Below, piece by piece: positions 18,840-29,388 of a DNA stretch of 64,000 nucleotides; positions within the stretch are counted from its first letter, which is position 1; each line of letters begins with the position of its first letter. The notes below the pieces were generated by a model. It saw only the letters and a program-made list of their open reading frames with translations, was not told where the DNA came from and searched no databases. Source of the DNA: an uncultured Pseudomonadota bacterium (GTDB taxonomy: Bacteria > Pseudomonadota > Alphaproteobacteria > RF32 > CAG-239); contig CASFJK010000008.1 of assembly GCA_949295025.1 (NCBI GenBank), forward strand, positions 606-64,605, written 5' to 3'. The translations under genes were made by a program, and so were the position numbers.

Positions 18840-19313
18840 ATCGCCCGGATCAAAAGGTTTGTTTTGCAGAACGCGTTGCGGCTTATATACATAAATATTG
18901 GTAATTTCGGGAATGTTGGCATTGCGTTGCCAATATCCGCGAGCTTCCATACATTGACGATATTTTCTTGGGCTGACTTCACTATCATCTCTTACGGAAT
19001 TTACAATCAAAGGCTGTGCACCGACATAGGGAACATAAGATGCCCAAATACCTTTTCCGGCATGCCAGTCGGCTCGAATTTTTAATTTTGCTTCTTCTGA
19101 ATAAAACCAGCTTGATACATCAGGCATCCATCTTGTCGGTTCGGCTACGCGCATACATTCGGAGTGGTCGGTTGCAAATTTTTGCACACCGGTATTTTCT
19201 TTTGCCCAATGATATATAACCTGTCCTTGAGGTTTATCTTCATAAAATGAAAACCAACCACAGTTGCTCAGAGACAAACACAAAAAAGATGCTAATATAA
19301 ACTTTTTATTCAT
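18834..19313 (-). CDS. Hypothetical lipoprotein
   Basis: Lipobox LSNC; W...DHSEC...YRQCMEARGY cysteine pair. Confidence 0.75.
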   Translation of the reverse strand: MNKKFILASFLCLSLSNCGWFSFYEDKPQGQVIYHWAKENTGVQKFATDHSECMRVAEPTRWMPDVSSWFYSEEAKLKIRADWHAGKGIWASYVPYVGAQPLIVNSVRDDSEVSPRKYRQCMEARGYWQRNANIPEITNIYVYKPQRVLQNKPFDPGDL

Positions 19314-19324
19314 GAACGTACTTT

Positions 19325-19990
19325 CTAGAAATCCAAATCGGCATAGTGCTTAGAAGGTAAAATACCTCTGATATTATCTTTCAGAATATCTTTAAAACTT
19401 GGACGAGATTTCATTTTAGAATACCATAATTTTGCATTTCGGTATCCTTCCCAAGGAACGTCACCTAAATAGTCAATAACGGAAAGATGTGCCGCTGCAG
19501 CAATATCGGCCCAAGTGAGTTCTTCACCGGCTAAATAGTTTCTTCTTTCAATCAGCCAATCAATATATTCCATATGAAAATTCAAATTGTTTAAGCCGAT
19601 TTTCAAAATTTTAGAATCTGGAGCCAAGCCTTTTGAAAAGCGCTTATGCACTTTTTCGCAGACAATGTTGCGATAAACCTCACGATAAAATTTATCATCA
19701 AACCATTCAATTAAGCGACGAACTTCAGCGCGTTCTTTAGGTGTTTCCGGCATAAGTTTAATTTCTCGGCTGGTTTCTTCCAAATATTCCATAATAGAGT
19801 TATGGCCGCACAGAGCCATGCCGTCATTAAGAAAAATGGGCAACTCTCCTGCCGGATTAAGTTTGTATACATCGGCGGACAAATTCCATGGTTCTTCATT
19901 CCGCAAAATGAAGAGCATTTTCTTTTCGCTCATACCGATTCTTATTTTTCTACTTTGTGGTGAAACCGGATGTTGAATGAGTAAAACCAT
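19325..19990 (-). CDS. Glutathione S-transferase family protein, FzlA-like
   Basis: SPQSRKIR, EEPW, LNPAGELP, AAAHLSVIDYLGDVPW, KSRPSF, C-terminal YADLDF. Confidence 0.8.
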   Translation of the reverse strand: MVLLIQHPVSPQSRKIRIGMSEKKMLFILRNEEPWNLSADVYKLNPAGELPIFLNDGMALCGHNSIMEYLEETSREIKLMPETPKERAEVRRLIEWFDDKFYREVYRNIVCEKVHKRFSKGLAPDSKILKIGLNNLNFHMEYIDWLIERRNYLAGEELTWADIAAAAHLSVIDYLGDVPWEGYRNAKLWYSKMKSRPSFKDILKDNIRGILPSKHYADLDF

Positions 19991-20011
19991 TTTTTTTGAA
20001 TCCCGTTAAGT

Positions 20012-20950
20012 TTATTTATTCTGGATTTTATCCTCTTGAGTTAAAAGGTCAAGAGATGATGTTTGCTCGTCTGAATTTTCTTGTTTTATAAAAGCAGGCG
20101 GAACAACACCTCTGTTTTGTAACTCTATTTCTTGAATAATATTTTGCAATTTTTGTTCGATTTTGGTTTTATTTTTAGGATTCTCAGAATAAGACGACAA
20201 TTTTTGAACCAAAAATTTGCGATTGGGTGAAAGTTGAGAAATACCTATAAATAAAGGCATATTCCATATAACTTGCTTAGAAAAGCTTAAATAATCGCGA
20301 ATTCCTAGTTTTGATGCTTCAATAATGCCAAAATATTGAGAGGCAAAAGCAAAATCAACTTCACCGGTATAAAGTTTTTCAAACATTTCATAAGGTGTAT
20401 CTACAAATTCAACCGGATATTCTTGAATTTTTTTCTGAACATAATCGGAAAACTGGTCTTGCGAGCAAGCAATACCTTTCATTTGTTTGAGCTGGGACAA
20501 ATTCTTTAGTTTGGATGCCGTTTCAGGCATGGTGATAAGGGTAACCGGATTATTTAGGATTGATGGATAAATTAACTCGGTGCGATGAAACTTTTGGGTA
20601 TCATAATATGCACCAAGAAAAATATCGATTCCACCGCGGTTAATTTCAGAGAGATAAGCCTCTTCGCTGGTGTTTGGATCATATTTATAAGCAATTTTTA
20701 AATTTGTGTTTTGCTTGAAGTCTTCTATAATTTCTTTAAATACGGAACGATAAACAAAATATGGCTTTTCGTTTTTGCCTTCGTAACGTTTTTCAATATA
20801 CCCTAAGGGAGGATAATTCATATATCCCGTTACGCTGATTGTGTCGCTGTTATCTGTGTCATTCGTCACATTTTTCATTTGAGCTTGCGCCTGAACATTT
20901 AAAAGCAATGCTGTAACAACAATCAAAAAAGATAAAACATATTTTTTCAT
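20012..20950 (-). CDS. Periplasmic substrate-binding protein (family 3), orphan
   Basis: Signal peptide AQA-Q; NYPPLGY, GGIDIF, LYTGEVDF. Confidence 0.75.
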   Translation of the reverse strand: MKKYVLSFLIVVTALLLNVQAQAQMKNVTNDTDNSDTISVTGYMNYPPLGYIEKRYEGKNEKPYFVYRSVFKEIIEDFKQNTNLKIAYKYDPNTSEEAYLSEINRGGIDIFLGAYYDTQKFHRTELIYPSILNNPVTLITMPETASKLKNLSQLKQMKGIACSQDQFSDYVQKKIQEYPVEFVDTPYEMFEKLYTGEVDFAFASQYFGIIEASKLGIRDYLSFSKQVIWNMPLFIGISQLSPNRKFLVQKLSSYSENPKNKTKIEQKLQNIIQEIELQNRGVVPPAFIKQENSDEQTSSLDLLTQEDKIQNK

Positions 20951-21050
20951 AAGTCCCAATCCTAAAAAAGATAAATATAATTTATAATAATTTAACTAAA
21001 TTGTATTAAAAAAGATTTTAGAAGACGATAATAATTATTAGAGGGAGAGA

Positions 21051-21440
21051 ATGAATATATCACAAAGGTATGCCGAAACAGAAGTTTCCGGAATGAATCA
21101 AATTGAGCTCGAAAGTAGAGCGCTGATAAAAACAGCTTCGAGCCTCAACTATATAAAAGAAAATTGGGAACAAAAGCGCGGCGACCTGAATGAGGCTTTG
21201 GATAAAAATCGCCGTTTGTGGACGGTGATAGCCGGAGCTATGAGTGATGATACTTCGCCGCAGCCTCCAGAAATGAGAAAAAATATATTGTCCTTGGCAA
21301 TGTTCGTATTTAAAAGAACGCTGGAAATAATAGCAAATCCCAAGCCTCAAAGCTTAGATATTTTAATTAATATAAATATGAATATAGCTCGTGGTTTGTT
21401 AGGAAATTCAGATGGCCAAGAAGATGTTCCTAGCTTATGA
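21051..21440 (+). CDS. flaF: Flagellar biosynthesis regulator FlaF
   Basis: ALDKNRRLWT, PEMRKNILSLAMFV, LININMNIARGL. Confidence 0.88.
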   Translation: MNISQRYAETEVSGMNQIELESRALIKTASSLNYIKENWEQKRGDLNEALDKNRRLWTVIAGAMSDDTSPQPPEMRKNILSLAMFVFKRTLEIIANPKPQSLDILININMNIARGLLGNSDGQEDVPSL

Positions 21441-21455
21441 TTAATTAATTTAATT

Positions 21456-21490
21456 AAAAAAAAGAGTCTCGGTTGAGACTCTTTTTTTTT
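21456..21490 (+). terminator. Terminator after flaF
   Basis: A8-GAGTCTC-GGTT-GAGACTC-T9. Confidence 0.9.
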
Positions 21491-21504
21491 GTGTCTTATT
21501 TTTT

Positions 21505-21521
21505 TTGGCACGAGTTTTGCA
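21505..21521 (+). promoter_or_regulatory. sigma54 promoter of fliK-flgD-flgE
   Basis: TTGGCACGAGTTTTGCA, consensus match. Confidence 0.92.
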
Positions 21522-21558
21522 TATATTTCGAGAGTAGGTCATTTGTTAGGATAAAGAA

Positions 21559-23427
21559 ATGGATATTAACGAATTAAATAGTATGAACGTTGTTGCTCAG
21601 TTTAATAAACTGGTGTCTCAAACCGGAATAGCTAATTCTGCAGGCGAGAGCTTCGCTTGCATGTTGGAAAAAAGCGTTTCGGATATTTCTTTCGCTGCAA
21701 ATAATACTGAAAATAAAACTCCGGTAGAAAATAAAAATCCCGCAAATGATAAGCAAGAGAAAGTAGAGGCAAAAGACGGTGCTCCTGTAGTTGATAAGAG
21801 TAGTAAAAAAAATGATGTCAACAAAACAGAAAAAACATCAGGCAAAGAAAAAGTTAAGAAAACTGAATCAAAGACAGTAGATGAAAAAAATGTTGCTGAT
21901 ACTAAAGATGTGCAAGAAGATGATACTGTTACTCCTGTGGCAGCTCCTATGACTGCAGAAGTAAAAGCACCGGAAATGGTGGAAGAAAACGTTGCTGTTG
22001 AAAATATCTCTTATGAAGATATGGAAATTTCTGCTGAACCGACGAATATTGTGCAAAACGTTACTCCAGAGGAAAATTTTTCCTTATCAATGCAAAATTT
22101 GCTGGCAGATGTTCTTTCTGGAAAAAGTCAACTTCTGGATGAAAATGGCAATATTTTGAATTTGCAAGAAATAAAACCTGAAGATATGTCTGAAATGGCT
22201 AATTTGACAATTGTTAATTTGCAGACAAAGGAAAAGGTTCAAATTAAGGGTTCTGATTTGCTTGCTCAACAAGTAGCAGAAATGCAGCCTGCCGCTTCTG
22301 ATTATTTAACAGCTAATGATGCTGTGTCTATGGTAAATCTTCCTGAAACAGAAACAAAACCGGAAATCTTGCCTCAAGATGACACTTTTGTTGTACCGCA
22401 AAATCAAGATAATCAGAATAAAGTGTTTGCTCCAAATGTAAATGCTGAAGAGATAAAAGAGGAAACACCGGTTGAAAATACTGTAAAACAAGATGTTGCT
22501 CTTTCTAGTGTGAAGCCACAACAGAAAATAAATGTTGAAATTGAAGAAAAAACACCAGCTTTTAATGAGGAAATAATCGTTGATGAAGACGAAAATCCTC
22601 TTGAGCAAGTGGCTGTAAATAAAAATTTGAAAGTTGATGTAACCGTAAAAGAGGAAAAAATTTCCTTTGTTAATAATAAAGATTTGTTGAAAGATGGTTT
22701 GTCTTTACAAGAAACGGTTCAAAATGTTGATGCCGAGGCTACTCAAGATATTTCACAGCCTGTTTCAAATAAAGCAACCCCATCTAATCAAAATATCAAT
22801 CTTAACACTGTGGCTGCAACACAAACAATGGCAACTGCAGAAGATACAGCTTCTGTTCACAATGCATCTGTAACAGAAGCTAAACAAGTTTCATCAACAA
22901 GTGCAACATCGCAAGCTGCATTAAGCGGAGCTGAGCTGGTGGCATCTGCTAAAGCAGACGCAGCTTCTAAAAGCCACCAAACCACGCTTAATGATGTTTA
23001 CAAAGGAATGAGCAAAGAGGCTGTAGAACAAGTTAAAGTCAATATTACCAAGTCTGCTGTAAAAGGTGTTGATACTATTGAAGTTAACTTAAAGCCGGAA
23101 GATCTCGGTCACATTGAGATTAAAATGCAAATTAAAGATGGAAAACTGCATGCTCACATCATTTCAAGCCGACAAGAAACTATGGAAGCATTGCAAAGAG
23201 ATGCCCAAGTTTTGGAAAAAGCTTTCAATGATGCCGGTTTTCAAACAGATGCAAATAGTTTGAGCTTTAGCTTCAGACATGAGGGTAATCAAGCTCAAGA
23301 ACAACATGAACAACTGCGCAACTTCATCGGTAAGGTTTTTGAAGAAGAAGCCAATTCTGATGTTCAAAAAGCAGAAGCCGCTAATCAAAATTGGATTACG
23401 GAAAAAGGTGTGAACATTAGAGTTTAG
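21559..23427 (+). CDS. fliK: Hook-length control protein FliK
   Basis: Low-complexity N-terminus; C-terminal LKPEDLGHIEI...LQRDAQVLEKAF; precedes flgD. Confidence 0.9.
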   Translation: MDINELNSMNVVAQFNKLVSQTGIANSAGESFACMLEKSVSDISFAANNTENKTPVENKNPANDKQEKVEAKDGAPVVDKSSKKNDVNKTEKTSGKEKVKKTESKTVDEKNVADTKDVQEDDTVTPVAAPMTAEVKAPEMVEENVAVENISYEDMEISAEPTNIVQNVTPEENFSLSMQNLLADVLSGKSQLLDENGNILNLQEIKPEDMSEMANLTIVNLQTKEKVQIKGSDLLAQQVAEMQPAASDYLTANDAVSMVNLPETETKPEILPQDDTFVVPQNQDNQNKVFAPNVNAEEIKEETPVENTVKQDVALSSVKPQQKINVEIEEKTPAFNEEIIVDEDENPLEQVAVNKNLKVDVTVKEEKISFVNNKDLLKDGLSLQETVQNVDAEATQDISQPVSNKATPSNQNINLNTVAATQTMATAEDTASVHNASVTEAKQVSSTSATSQAALSGAELVASAKADAASKSHQTTLNDVYKGMSKEAVEQVKVNITKSAVKGVDTIEVNLKPEDLGHIEIKMQIKDGKLHAHIISSRQETMEALQRDAQVLEKAFNDAGFQTDANSLSFSFRHEGNQAQEQHEQLRNFIGKVFEEEANSDVQKAEAANQNWITEKGVNIRV

Positions 23428-23447
23428 ACTTTAGAAGGAGAAAAGCC

Positions 23448-24248
23448 ATGGCAACAGATCTTAGTGGAATTACCGGATATTATACCAACGGAACAAACAG
23501 TACTAATAGTAGTTCTCAACAACTTTCTGCTGATATGAACACTTTTTTGCAACTGTTAACCACTCAATTAAAATATCAAGATCCGATGGATCCTATGGAT
23601 ACAGCCGAATTTACCAACCAGTTGGTACAATATTCATCAGTTGAACAAGCAATTCAAACCAATGAAAAATTAGACACTATGATGTCTTTAAGTATTGCAA
23701 ATTTGGGAGCTCAAGCTGTTTCTTATATTGGTAAAACAGTGCAAGTTTTGGGTGATGTTATGCCTCTTGCAGATGGCAAGGCCAAAGCTGCATATACTCT
23801 TGATAAAGATGTTTTGTCCGCAACCATTGTCGTCAAAGATATGTCTGGAAATATCGTTTATACCGAAAGCGGTGACAAAACATCAGGTACTCATGAATTC
23901 ACATGGGATGGAAAAGATTCTGATGGAAATCAATTGGAAGATGGTGCTTATCAAATAGAAGTAACAACCAAGGTTGCGGAAGGAGATAGCGCAGCTACCG
24001 TAACAACAACCATCTTTGGTAAAGTAACAGGTGTCGCCAGTGATCAAAACAATATTTACGTTGGTTTGGGTGATGCTGTTACCGCTCAACTCGGAGATAT
24101 CGTTACAATTCGTTATGACGATTATTTTGATAAAGATCCCGGAACCGGAGAAGGCGGGGATGGTAATGGAAACGAAGGCGGAGAGGGTGAAACTCCCGGA
24201 GATGGAGAAACTCCTCCCACAGAAGAAACAAGTTATTACAGATTATAA
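23448..24248 (+). CDS. flgD: Hook capping protein FlgD
   Basis: FLQLLTTQLKYQDPMDPMD, FTWDGKDSDG. Confidence 0.95.
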   Translation: MATDLSGITGYYTNGTNSTNSSSQQLSADMNTFLQLLTTQLKYQDPMDPMDTAEFTNQLVQYSSVEQAIQTNEKLDTMMSLSIANLGAQAVSYIGKTVQVLGDVMPLADGKAKAAYTLDKDVLSATIVVKDMSGNIVYTESGDKTSGTHEFTWDGKDSDGNQLEDGAYQIEVTTKVAEGDSAATVTTTIFGKVTGVASDQNNIYVGLGDAVTAQLGDIVTIRYDDYFDKDPGTGEGGDGNGNEGGEGETPGDGETPPTEETSYYRL

Positions 24249-24269
24249 TTAAAACTTTAGGAGAAAAAA

Positions 24270-26516
24270 ATGAGTCTTTTTGGTGCAATGCAATCAGGTA
24301 TTTCGGGAATGACCGCCCAGTCTAATGCTATGGGTGCAATTTCCGATAATATCTCAAACGTAAACACTATCGGTTATAAAGGTACCACTGTTGCTTTTCA
24401 AACTTTGGTTACCAAACAAGCTTCTACAAACTTTTATTCACCAGGTGGTGTACAACCTGTATCAAAACAAGGTATTAACGTTCAAGGTTTGTTGTCTTCA
24501 ACATCATCATCAACAGCGTTGGGTATTTCCGGAGAAGGTTTCTTTGTTGTAAACCAAGCCGCAAACCCACAAGAAGGTGATGCTTGGGCATATACCAGAG
24601 CTGGTGATTTTGGCTTAGATAGCAATGGCTATTTGAAAAATACCGGTGGTTATTATGCTCAAGGTTGGACATTATTGCCTTGGGATAATAATCCGAATGC
24701 AAGTGTCGTTGAAATTAACGGCGTAAAATATATGAAAGCTTACTATGCTGCAGATGGTTCAACAGTCTATGTTAACGATAACGTGGTAGATGGTAGCAAC
24801 TTGCGCCCAATTAACTTATCTTCAATTGGTGGTACCGCTAACCCAACCCAACAATTGAATTTTGGTGCAAACTTGCCGTCTGGTGACCCAATTTATGACC
24901 CGTCTGTTCCAACTGCCGGTGGAAGACACTCTATCTCTGCATTAATTTATGATAGTTTGGGTAATTCAAGCAATCTCAGCCTCACCTTTACTAAAGAGTC
25001 TTCAAATGGTTGGGGAATGTCTGTAAATGTTCCTGACGGAGCTTCAAACATTACACTTTCTGGTAGTTTTGAAAATTCAGACGGTGGTTCTTCCGATGTT
25101 TATTATGCTGCTGGTCAATTGGAATTCACAACAATTCCAAGTAACGGTTCCAGCATTACAATTACGGACGAAGCAACCGGTATCAATTATATTTTTGATT
25201 TTTTGAACGCTGGTGAAGCTGCTCCGGTTGGCGATGCTAAAAACGTTCATGTGGCAGTAGATATTCAAACAGGTATCGTTTCAACAACCGATTTTGTTGA
25301 GAAGTTTAACGCTGCAATTCAAGCCAACTTATCAAGTGCAGATCGTTTTTCTTGCGATGCAAACAGCATTCAGATCGTACAATCCACAGCTGGCGCAGGA
25401 ATTAGCATTGATGCAAGCAAAACCTTGGCTTGTGTTCAATCTGCAGCCAATCCGGTTCCGGAAACAGGAATCCCGACCGGTCAATTTAGAATTCCTGAAA
25501 TTGATGAAGATATCAAAAACTGTGCTCGTATTGATTTCACATCAACCACATTGTCAGACTATACAGACAAGACCTTCACAATCGATGGAAAAACATTTAC
25601 ATTGAAAAATGGTGGTGCTGTTGACCCAACAGATATTGATATCTCTGGTGCCGTTAAAGATGGAAAAGTTGATGTTGATGTTTTGGTTGGTTTAATTGTA
25701 GATGGTATCAAATCTCAAGTAAGCGAACCTGAAAGATTCAACGCTAGCGGTAGCAGTATGGAGATTTTGCCAACTTCAACCGGAGATAACATTACCATCA
25801 ATATGAACGGTATGGCTGGTGTTAGCGGAAAATTGCGTAACAATGGCGGAACATGGGTCGATGGAGATGCTGTTGCTACCGGAGAATATACAATTTCCAA
25901 TAGCTTCAAAACCAACGGAACAGATGTAGAAGTTGGCTCAAAGGTTCCTGCCGTAAGATTTAATTCTGATGGTACACCAAAATATTTCTTCGTAGATGAT
26001 ATGGCAATTGAATGGGCAAATGGTGCCGAAAATATGAACAATGATTATAATCAAGGCACATCCATTTCTATCGGTATGGGTAACACCGGTACCAACGATG
26101 GTTTGACCAGCTTGTCTGGTAACTTCACCACTAACTACATCAAACAAGATGGTGCAAAATATGGTAGCTACTCTGGTGTAACCGTAAGTGAAAGTGGTGT
26201 TGTAACCGCTTTGTTTGACAATGGTGAAACTCGTCCGATTGCAATTTTGCCGTTAGCTACATTCTCCAACCCAAATGGCTTGGAAGCCTTAACTGGTAAC
26301 GTTTGGATTGAAACCGACTACTCAGGTCTTCCGATGTTAAGACAAGCCGGAACAAGCGGTGCCGGAGAAATCAGCGGCAACTCTTTAGAAAATTCAACCG
26401 TAGATTTAGCTACCGAATTTTCTAACATGATTGTTACACAAAGAGCTTATTCTGCTTCAACCAAAATCATCACCACAGCAGATGAAATGCTTGAAGAATT
26501 AACAGCTTTGATTTAA
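24270..26516 (+). CDS. flgE: Flagellar hook protein FlgE (long form with large central insertion)
   Basis: SDNISNVNTIGYK, YTRAGDF, LENSTVDLATEFSNMIVTQRAY. Confidence 0.92.
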   Translation: MSLFGAMQSGISGMTAQSNAMGAISDNISNVNTIGYKGTTVAFQTLVTKQASTNFYSPGGVQPVSKQGINVQGLLSSTSSSTALGISGEGFFVVNQAANPQEGDAWAYTRAGDFGLDSNGYLKNTGGYYAQGWTLLPWDNNPNASVVEINGVKYMKAYYAADGSTVYVNDNVVDGSNLRPINLSSIGGTANPTQQLNFGANLPSGDPIYDPSVPTAGGRHSISALIYDSLGNSSNLSLTFTKESSNGWGMSVNVPDGASNITLSGSFENSDGGSSDVYYAAGQLEFTTIPSNGSSITITDEATGINYIFDFLNAGEAAPVGDAKNVHVAVDIQTGIVSTTDFVEKFNAAIQANLSSADRFSCDANSIQIVQSTAGAGISIDASKTLACVQSAANPVPETGIPTGQFRIPEIDEDIKNCARIDFTSTTLSDYTDKTFTIDGKTFTLKNGGAVDPTDIDISGAVKDGKVDVDVLVGLIVDGIKSQVSEPERFNASGSSMEILPTSTGDNITINMNGMAGVSGKLRNNGGTWVDGDAVATGEYTISNSFKTNGTDVEVGSKVPAVRFNSDGTPKYFFVDDMAIEWANGAENMNNDYNQGTSISIGMGNTGTNDGLTSLSGNFTTNYIKQDGAKYGSYSGVTVSESGVVTALFDNGETRPIAILPLATFSNPNGLEALTGNVWIETDYSGLPMLRQAGTSGAGEISGNSLENSTVDLATEFSNMIVTQRAYSASTKIITTADEMLEELTALI

Positions 26517-26545
26517 CAATCAAAAAACATTTTTTTCCTAAAGTT

Positions 26546-26576
26546 GGCCCCCGTTTCAAAGACGGGGGCTTTTTTT
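26546..26576 (+). terminator. Terminator after flgE
   Basis: GGCCCCCGTT-TCAAA-GACGGGGGCT-T-run. Confidence 0.9.
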
Positions 26577-26704
26577 GGTCAGTAGATATAACTTGTGAAT
26601 ATTTAAAAATATCGTTTAACTATATAAAATTTTACGTTATGTATAACGAAAGGGAAGTATTTTTATTTTTAGGGGCTGAAAAGCTCCGCAATTGGGGAAT
26701 ATAA

Positions 26705-28327
26705 GTGAATAACTTTTTGCAAAGTATAAAAAATTTGTCACCCGGCAGATTAATATCTCTGGCTGCAATTGTCATTTTTCTCATCAGCTTCTTTGCTTAT
26801 ATAGCAATGCAGATTAATTCTGTTGAATATTCGGTTCTGTATACGGATTTGGAACTCGAAGATGCAAAGCAAATTGTTTCCAGATTAGAAGCCGATAATA
26901 TCAAATATAAATTAACCAAAAACGGAACGGAGATTCTTGTACCTCAAGATCAGGTAAACAAGATGCGCGTAGAAACCGCCGAATTAGCCTTGGCTTCCAA
27001 AGGCTCTAACGTTGGTTATGAAATTTTTGATAATACAGATGCTTTGGGTACAACCAACTTTGTTCAAAATATCAATTTGGTTCGTGCATTAGAAGGCGAG
27101 TTGGCTCGGACGATTCGTTCTGTAGATAATATAAAAAGTGCAAGAGTTCACTTGGTTTTACCCAAAAGAGAAATGTTTTCAAGAGAAGAACAACAGCCAT
27201 CTGCTTCGGTCGTAATTAAGACCGTAAAAGGTTCTCTTGATTTAAAAGAAATCCAATCAATTCAAAAGTTAGTCGCTGCGGCTGTACCAAAGCTTGATGT
27301 AAAAAATGTATCCATTGTCGATAGCTCTGGAAAATTACTCACCAACGATTCGGAAGATAAACAAAGTCTGGATAATGCCGCCAATGAGGTCTTGCGTTTG
27401 GAACAAGAACGTAAAATGACCAAAAGCGTAGAAGAAATGATGGAAAAAGCTGTTGGTCAAGGTAAAGCAAAAGCTCGCGTTAATATCGAAATGGATTTTG
27501 ATCAAGTTGTGACCAATGAAGAAATTTATGATCCCGATTCTCAAGTTGCACGTTCAATGCAAACCATCACTGAGAGCGGAATGTCAAATGAAACTCAAAG
27601 TCCGGTAACGGTATCACAAAATATTCCGAACGGAGATACGGTTACTCAAAACAATGGTCTGGTTTCTCAGAATGCCAAAACGGAAGAAACCGTAAATTAT
27701 GAAATATCCAAGACCATAAGAAATAAAGTAAAAAATACCGGCGAAATTAAGCGCTTAACAGTTGCTGTTATGGTTGACGGCGTCTATGAAAAAGATGCTG
27801 ATGGTAAAATGGTATACAGAGCACGTACACCGGAAGAAATGGAACAATTAAAGGCTCTGGTTAAATCGGCTGTAGGTTTTGATGCAAACCGAGGAGATAT
27901 GGTTGAAGTTGAAAACATCCGCTTTGCAAACATTTCTCCTGAAGTAGAAAAAGTTCAAGAAATTTTGATTATGGGCTTTACCAAATCAGAGCTGATGCGC
28001 ATAGCAGAAGGTTTAGGTGTTGCCATCGTTGCAATTTTGGTCATCTTATTGGTAATCCGTCCGTTGATTAACAATGCCTTTGACAATGCCTCACAAGCTG
28101 GTCCGAATGCTAAATTGCTGGGAGAAAATCCAGACGATGATAACTTGTTGTTATCTAATTTCTTAAATGAAAATGATGGCGATATGGATAATTTGGTTAA
28201 TCTTAATAAGGTTGATGGTCGAGTCAAAGTTTCATCTCTTAAAAAGATTAGTGATACCATTGAGAAAAATCCGGAAGCAGCTGTCAGCATCATTCGCAGT
28301 TGGTTGTATTCCAATGATGCCAATTAA
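26705..28327 (+). CDS. fliF: MS-ring protein FliF
   Basis: GYEIFD, RALEGELARTI, ARVHLVLP, AVGFDANRGD. Confidence 0.96.
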   Translation: MNNFLQSIKNLSPGRLISLAAIVIFLISFFAYIAMQINSVEYSVLYTDLELEDAKQIVSRLEADNIKYKLTKNGTEILVPQDQVNKMRVETAELALASKGSNVGYEIFDNTDALGTTNFVQNINLVRALEGELARTIRSVDNIKSARVHLVLPKREMFSREEQQPSASVVIKTVKGSLDLKEIQSIQKLVAAAVPKLDVKNVSIVDSSGKLLTNDSEDKQSLDNAANEVLRLEQERKMTKSVEEMMEKAVGQGKAKARVNIEMDFDQVVTNEEIYDPDSQVARSMQTITESGMSNETQSPVTVSQNIPNGDTVTQNNGLVSQNAKTEETVNYEISKTIRNKVKNTGEIKRLTVAVMVDGVYEKDADGKMVYRARTPEEMEQLKALVKSAVGFDANRGDMVEVENIRFANISPEVEKVQEILIMGFTKSELMRIAEGLGVAIVAILVILLVIRPLINNAFDNASQAGPNAKLLGENPDDDNLLLSNFLNENDGDMDNLVNLNKVDGRVKVSSLKKISDTIEKNPEAAVSIIRSWLYSNDAN

Positions 28328-28345
28328 ATAAAGAAGGAAAATCAA

Positions 28346-29368
28346 ATGAAACCAAACGTGATAGATGATTATAATTTGCTTAGCGGCCAACAAAAGGCAG
28401 CAATTTTGATGTTGTCGCTAAATGAAGATTTGTCTTCTTCTTTATTTGCATTGATGGATGATGAAGAAATTAAAGAGCTTTCAGTTGTTATGGCCAGTCT
28501 GGGTAAAGTCAATTCAGATGTAGTTGAACAACTTTTTGAAGAGTTTTTGGATAGAGCTTCCAACAGTGGTATGCTGATGGGAACCTACGAAAGTACAGAA
28601 CGCTTGTTGTCAAAAGCTTTGGATAAAGATAGAATTTCTGTCATTATGGAAGAAATTCGAGGCCCTGCCGGAAGAACCATGTGGGACAAGCTTGGCAATG
28701 TTAACGAACATGTTTTGGCTAACTATCTTAAAAACGAATATCCGCAAACCATTGCTGTTATTTTATCCAAAATTAAGGCAGAACATGCAGCAAAGGTTAT
28801 TGCTTTATTGCCTGAAAACTTTGCCATGGAAATTGTAATGCGTATGTTGCGCATGGATTCTGTTCAGAAAGAAGTTTTGGATGGTTTGGAAAAAACTTTA
28901 CGCAAAGAGTTTATGAGCAACCTGTCCAAGTCTTCTCGTCGCGATTCTCACGAACTTATTGCTGATATCTTCAATTCTTTGGATCGCAGTACCGAAACAC
29001 GCTTTATGGAAGCATTGGAAGAGCGTAACCGCGAAAGTGCTGAACGTGTTAAATCTCTTATGTTTACATTTGAAGATCTTATCCGTGTCGATTCTCAAGG
29101 AATTCAGATCTTGCTGCGTAATGTTGATAAAGACAAATTGGCAATTGCTTTGAAAGGTGCCTCAGACACCATCAAAGACTTGTTCTTCAATAATATGTCA
29201 ACTCGTGCCGGCAAGATTATTAAAGAAGATATGGAAGCCATGGGACCAGTACGTTTGCGTGATGTTGAAGAAGCTCAACAATATATTGTTACCACCACTA
29301 AAGAACTTTCCAATACCGGAGAGATTGTCATTAGTGAAGGTAAAGATAATGATGAATTGATATACTAA
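28346..29368 (+). CDS. fliG: Motor switch protein FliG
   Basis: EYPQTIA, MFTFEDL, MGPVRLRDVEEAQ. Confidence 0.97.
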   Translation: MKPNVIDDYNLLSGQQKAAILMLSLNEDLSSSLFALMDDEEIKELSVVMASLGKVNSDVVEQLFEEFLDRASNSGMLMGTYESTERLLSKALDKDRISVIMEEIRGPAGRTMWDKLGNVNEHVLANYLKNEYPQTIAVILSKIKAEHAAKVIALLPENFAMEIVMRMLRMDSVQKEVLDGLEKTLRKEFMSNLSKSSRRDSHELIADIFNSLDRSTETRFMEALEERNRESAERVKSLMFTFEDLIRVDSQGIQILLRNVDKDKLAIALKGASDTIKDLFFNNMSTRAGKIIKEDMEAMGPVRLRDVEEAQQYIVTTTKELSNTGEIVISEGKDNDELIY

Positions 29369-29388
29369 TTAATGTTTAGGGTAGGTTG

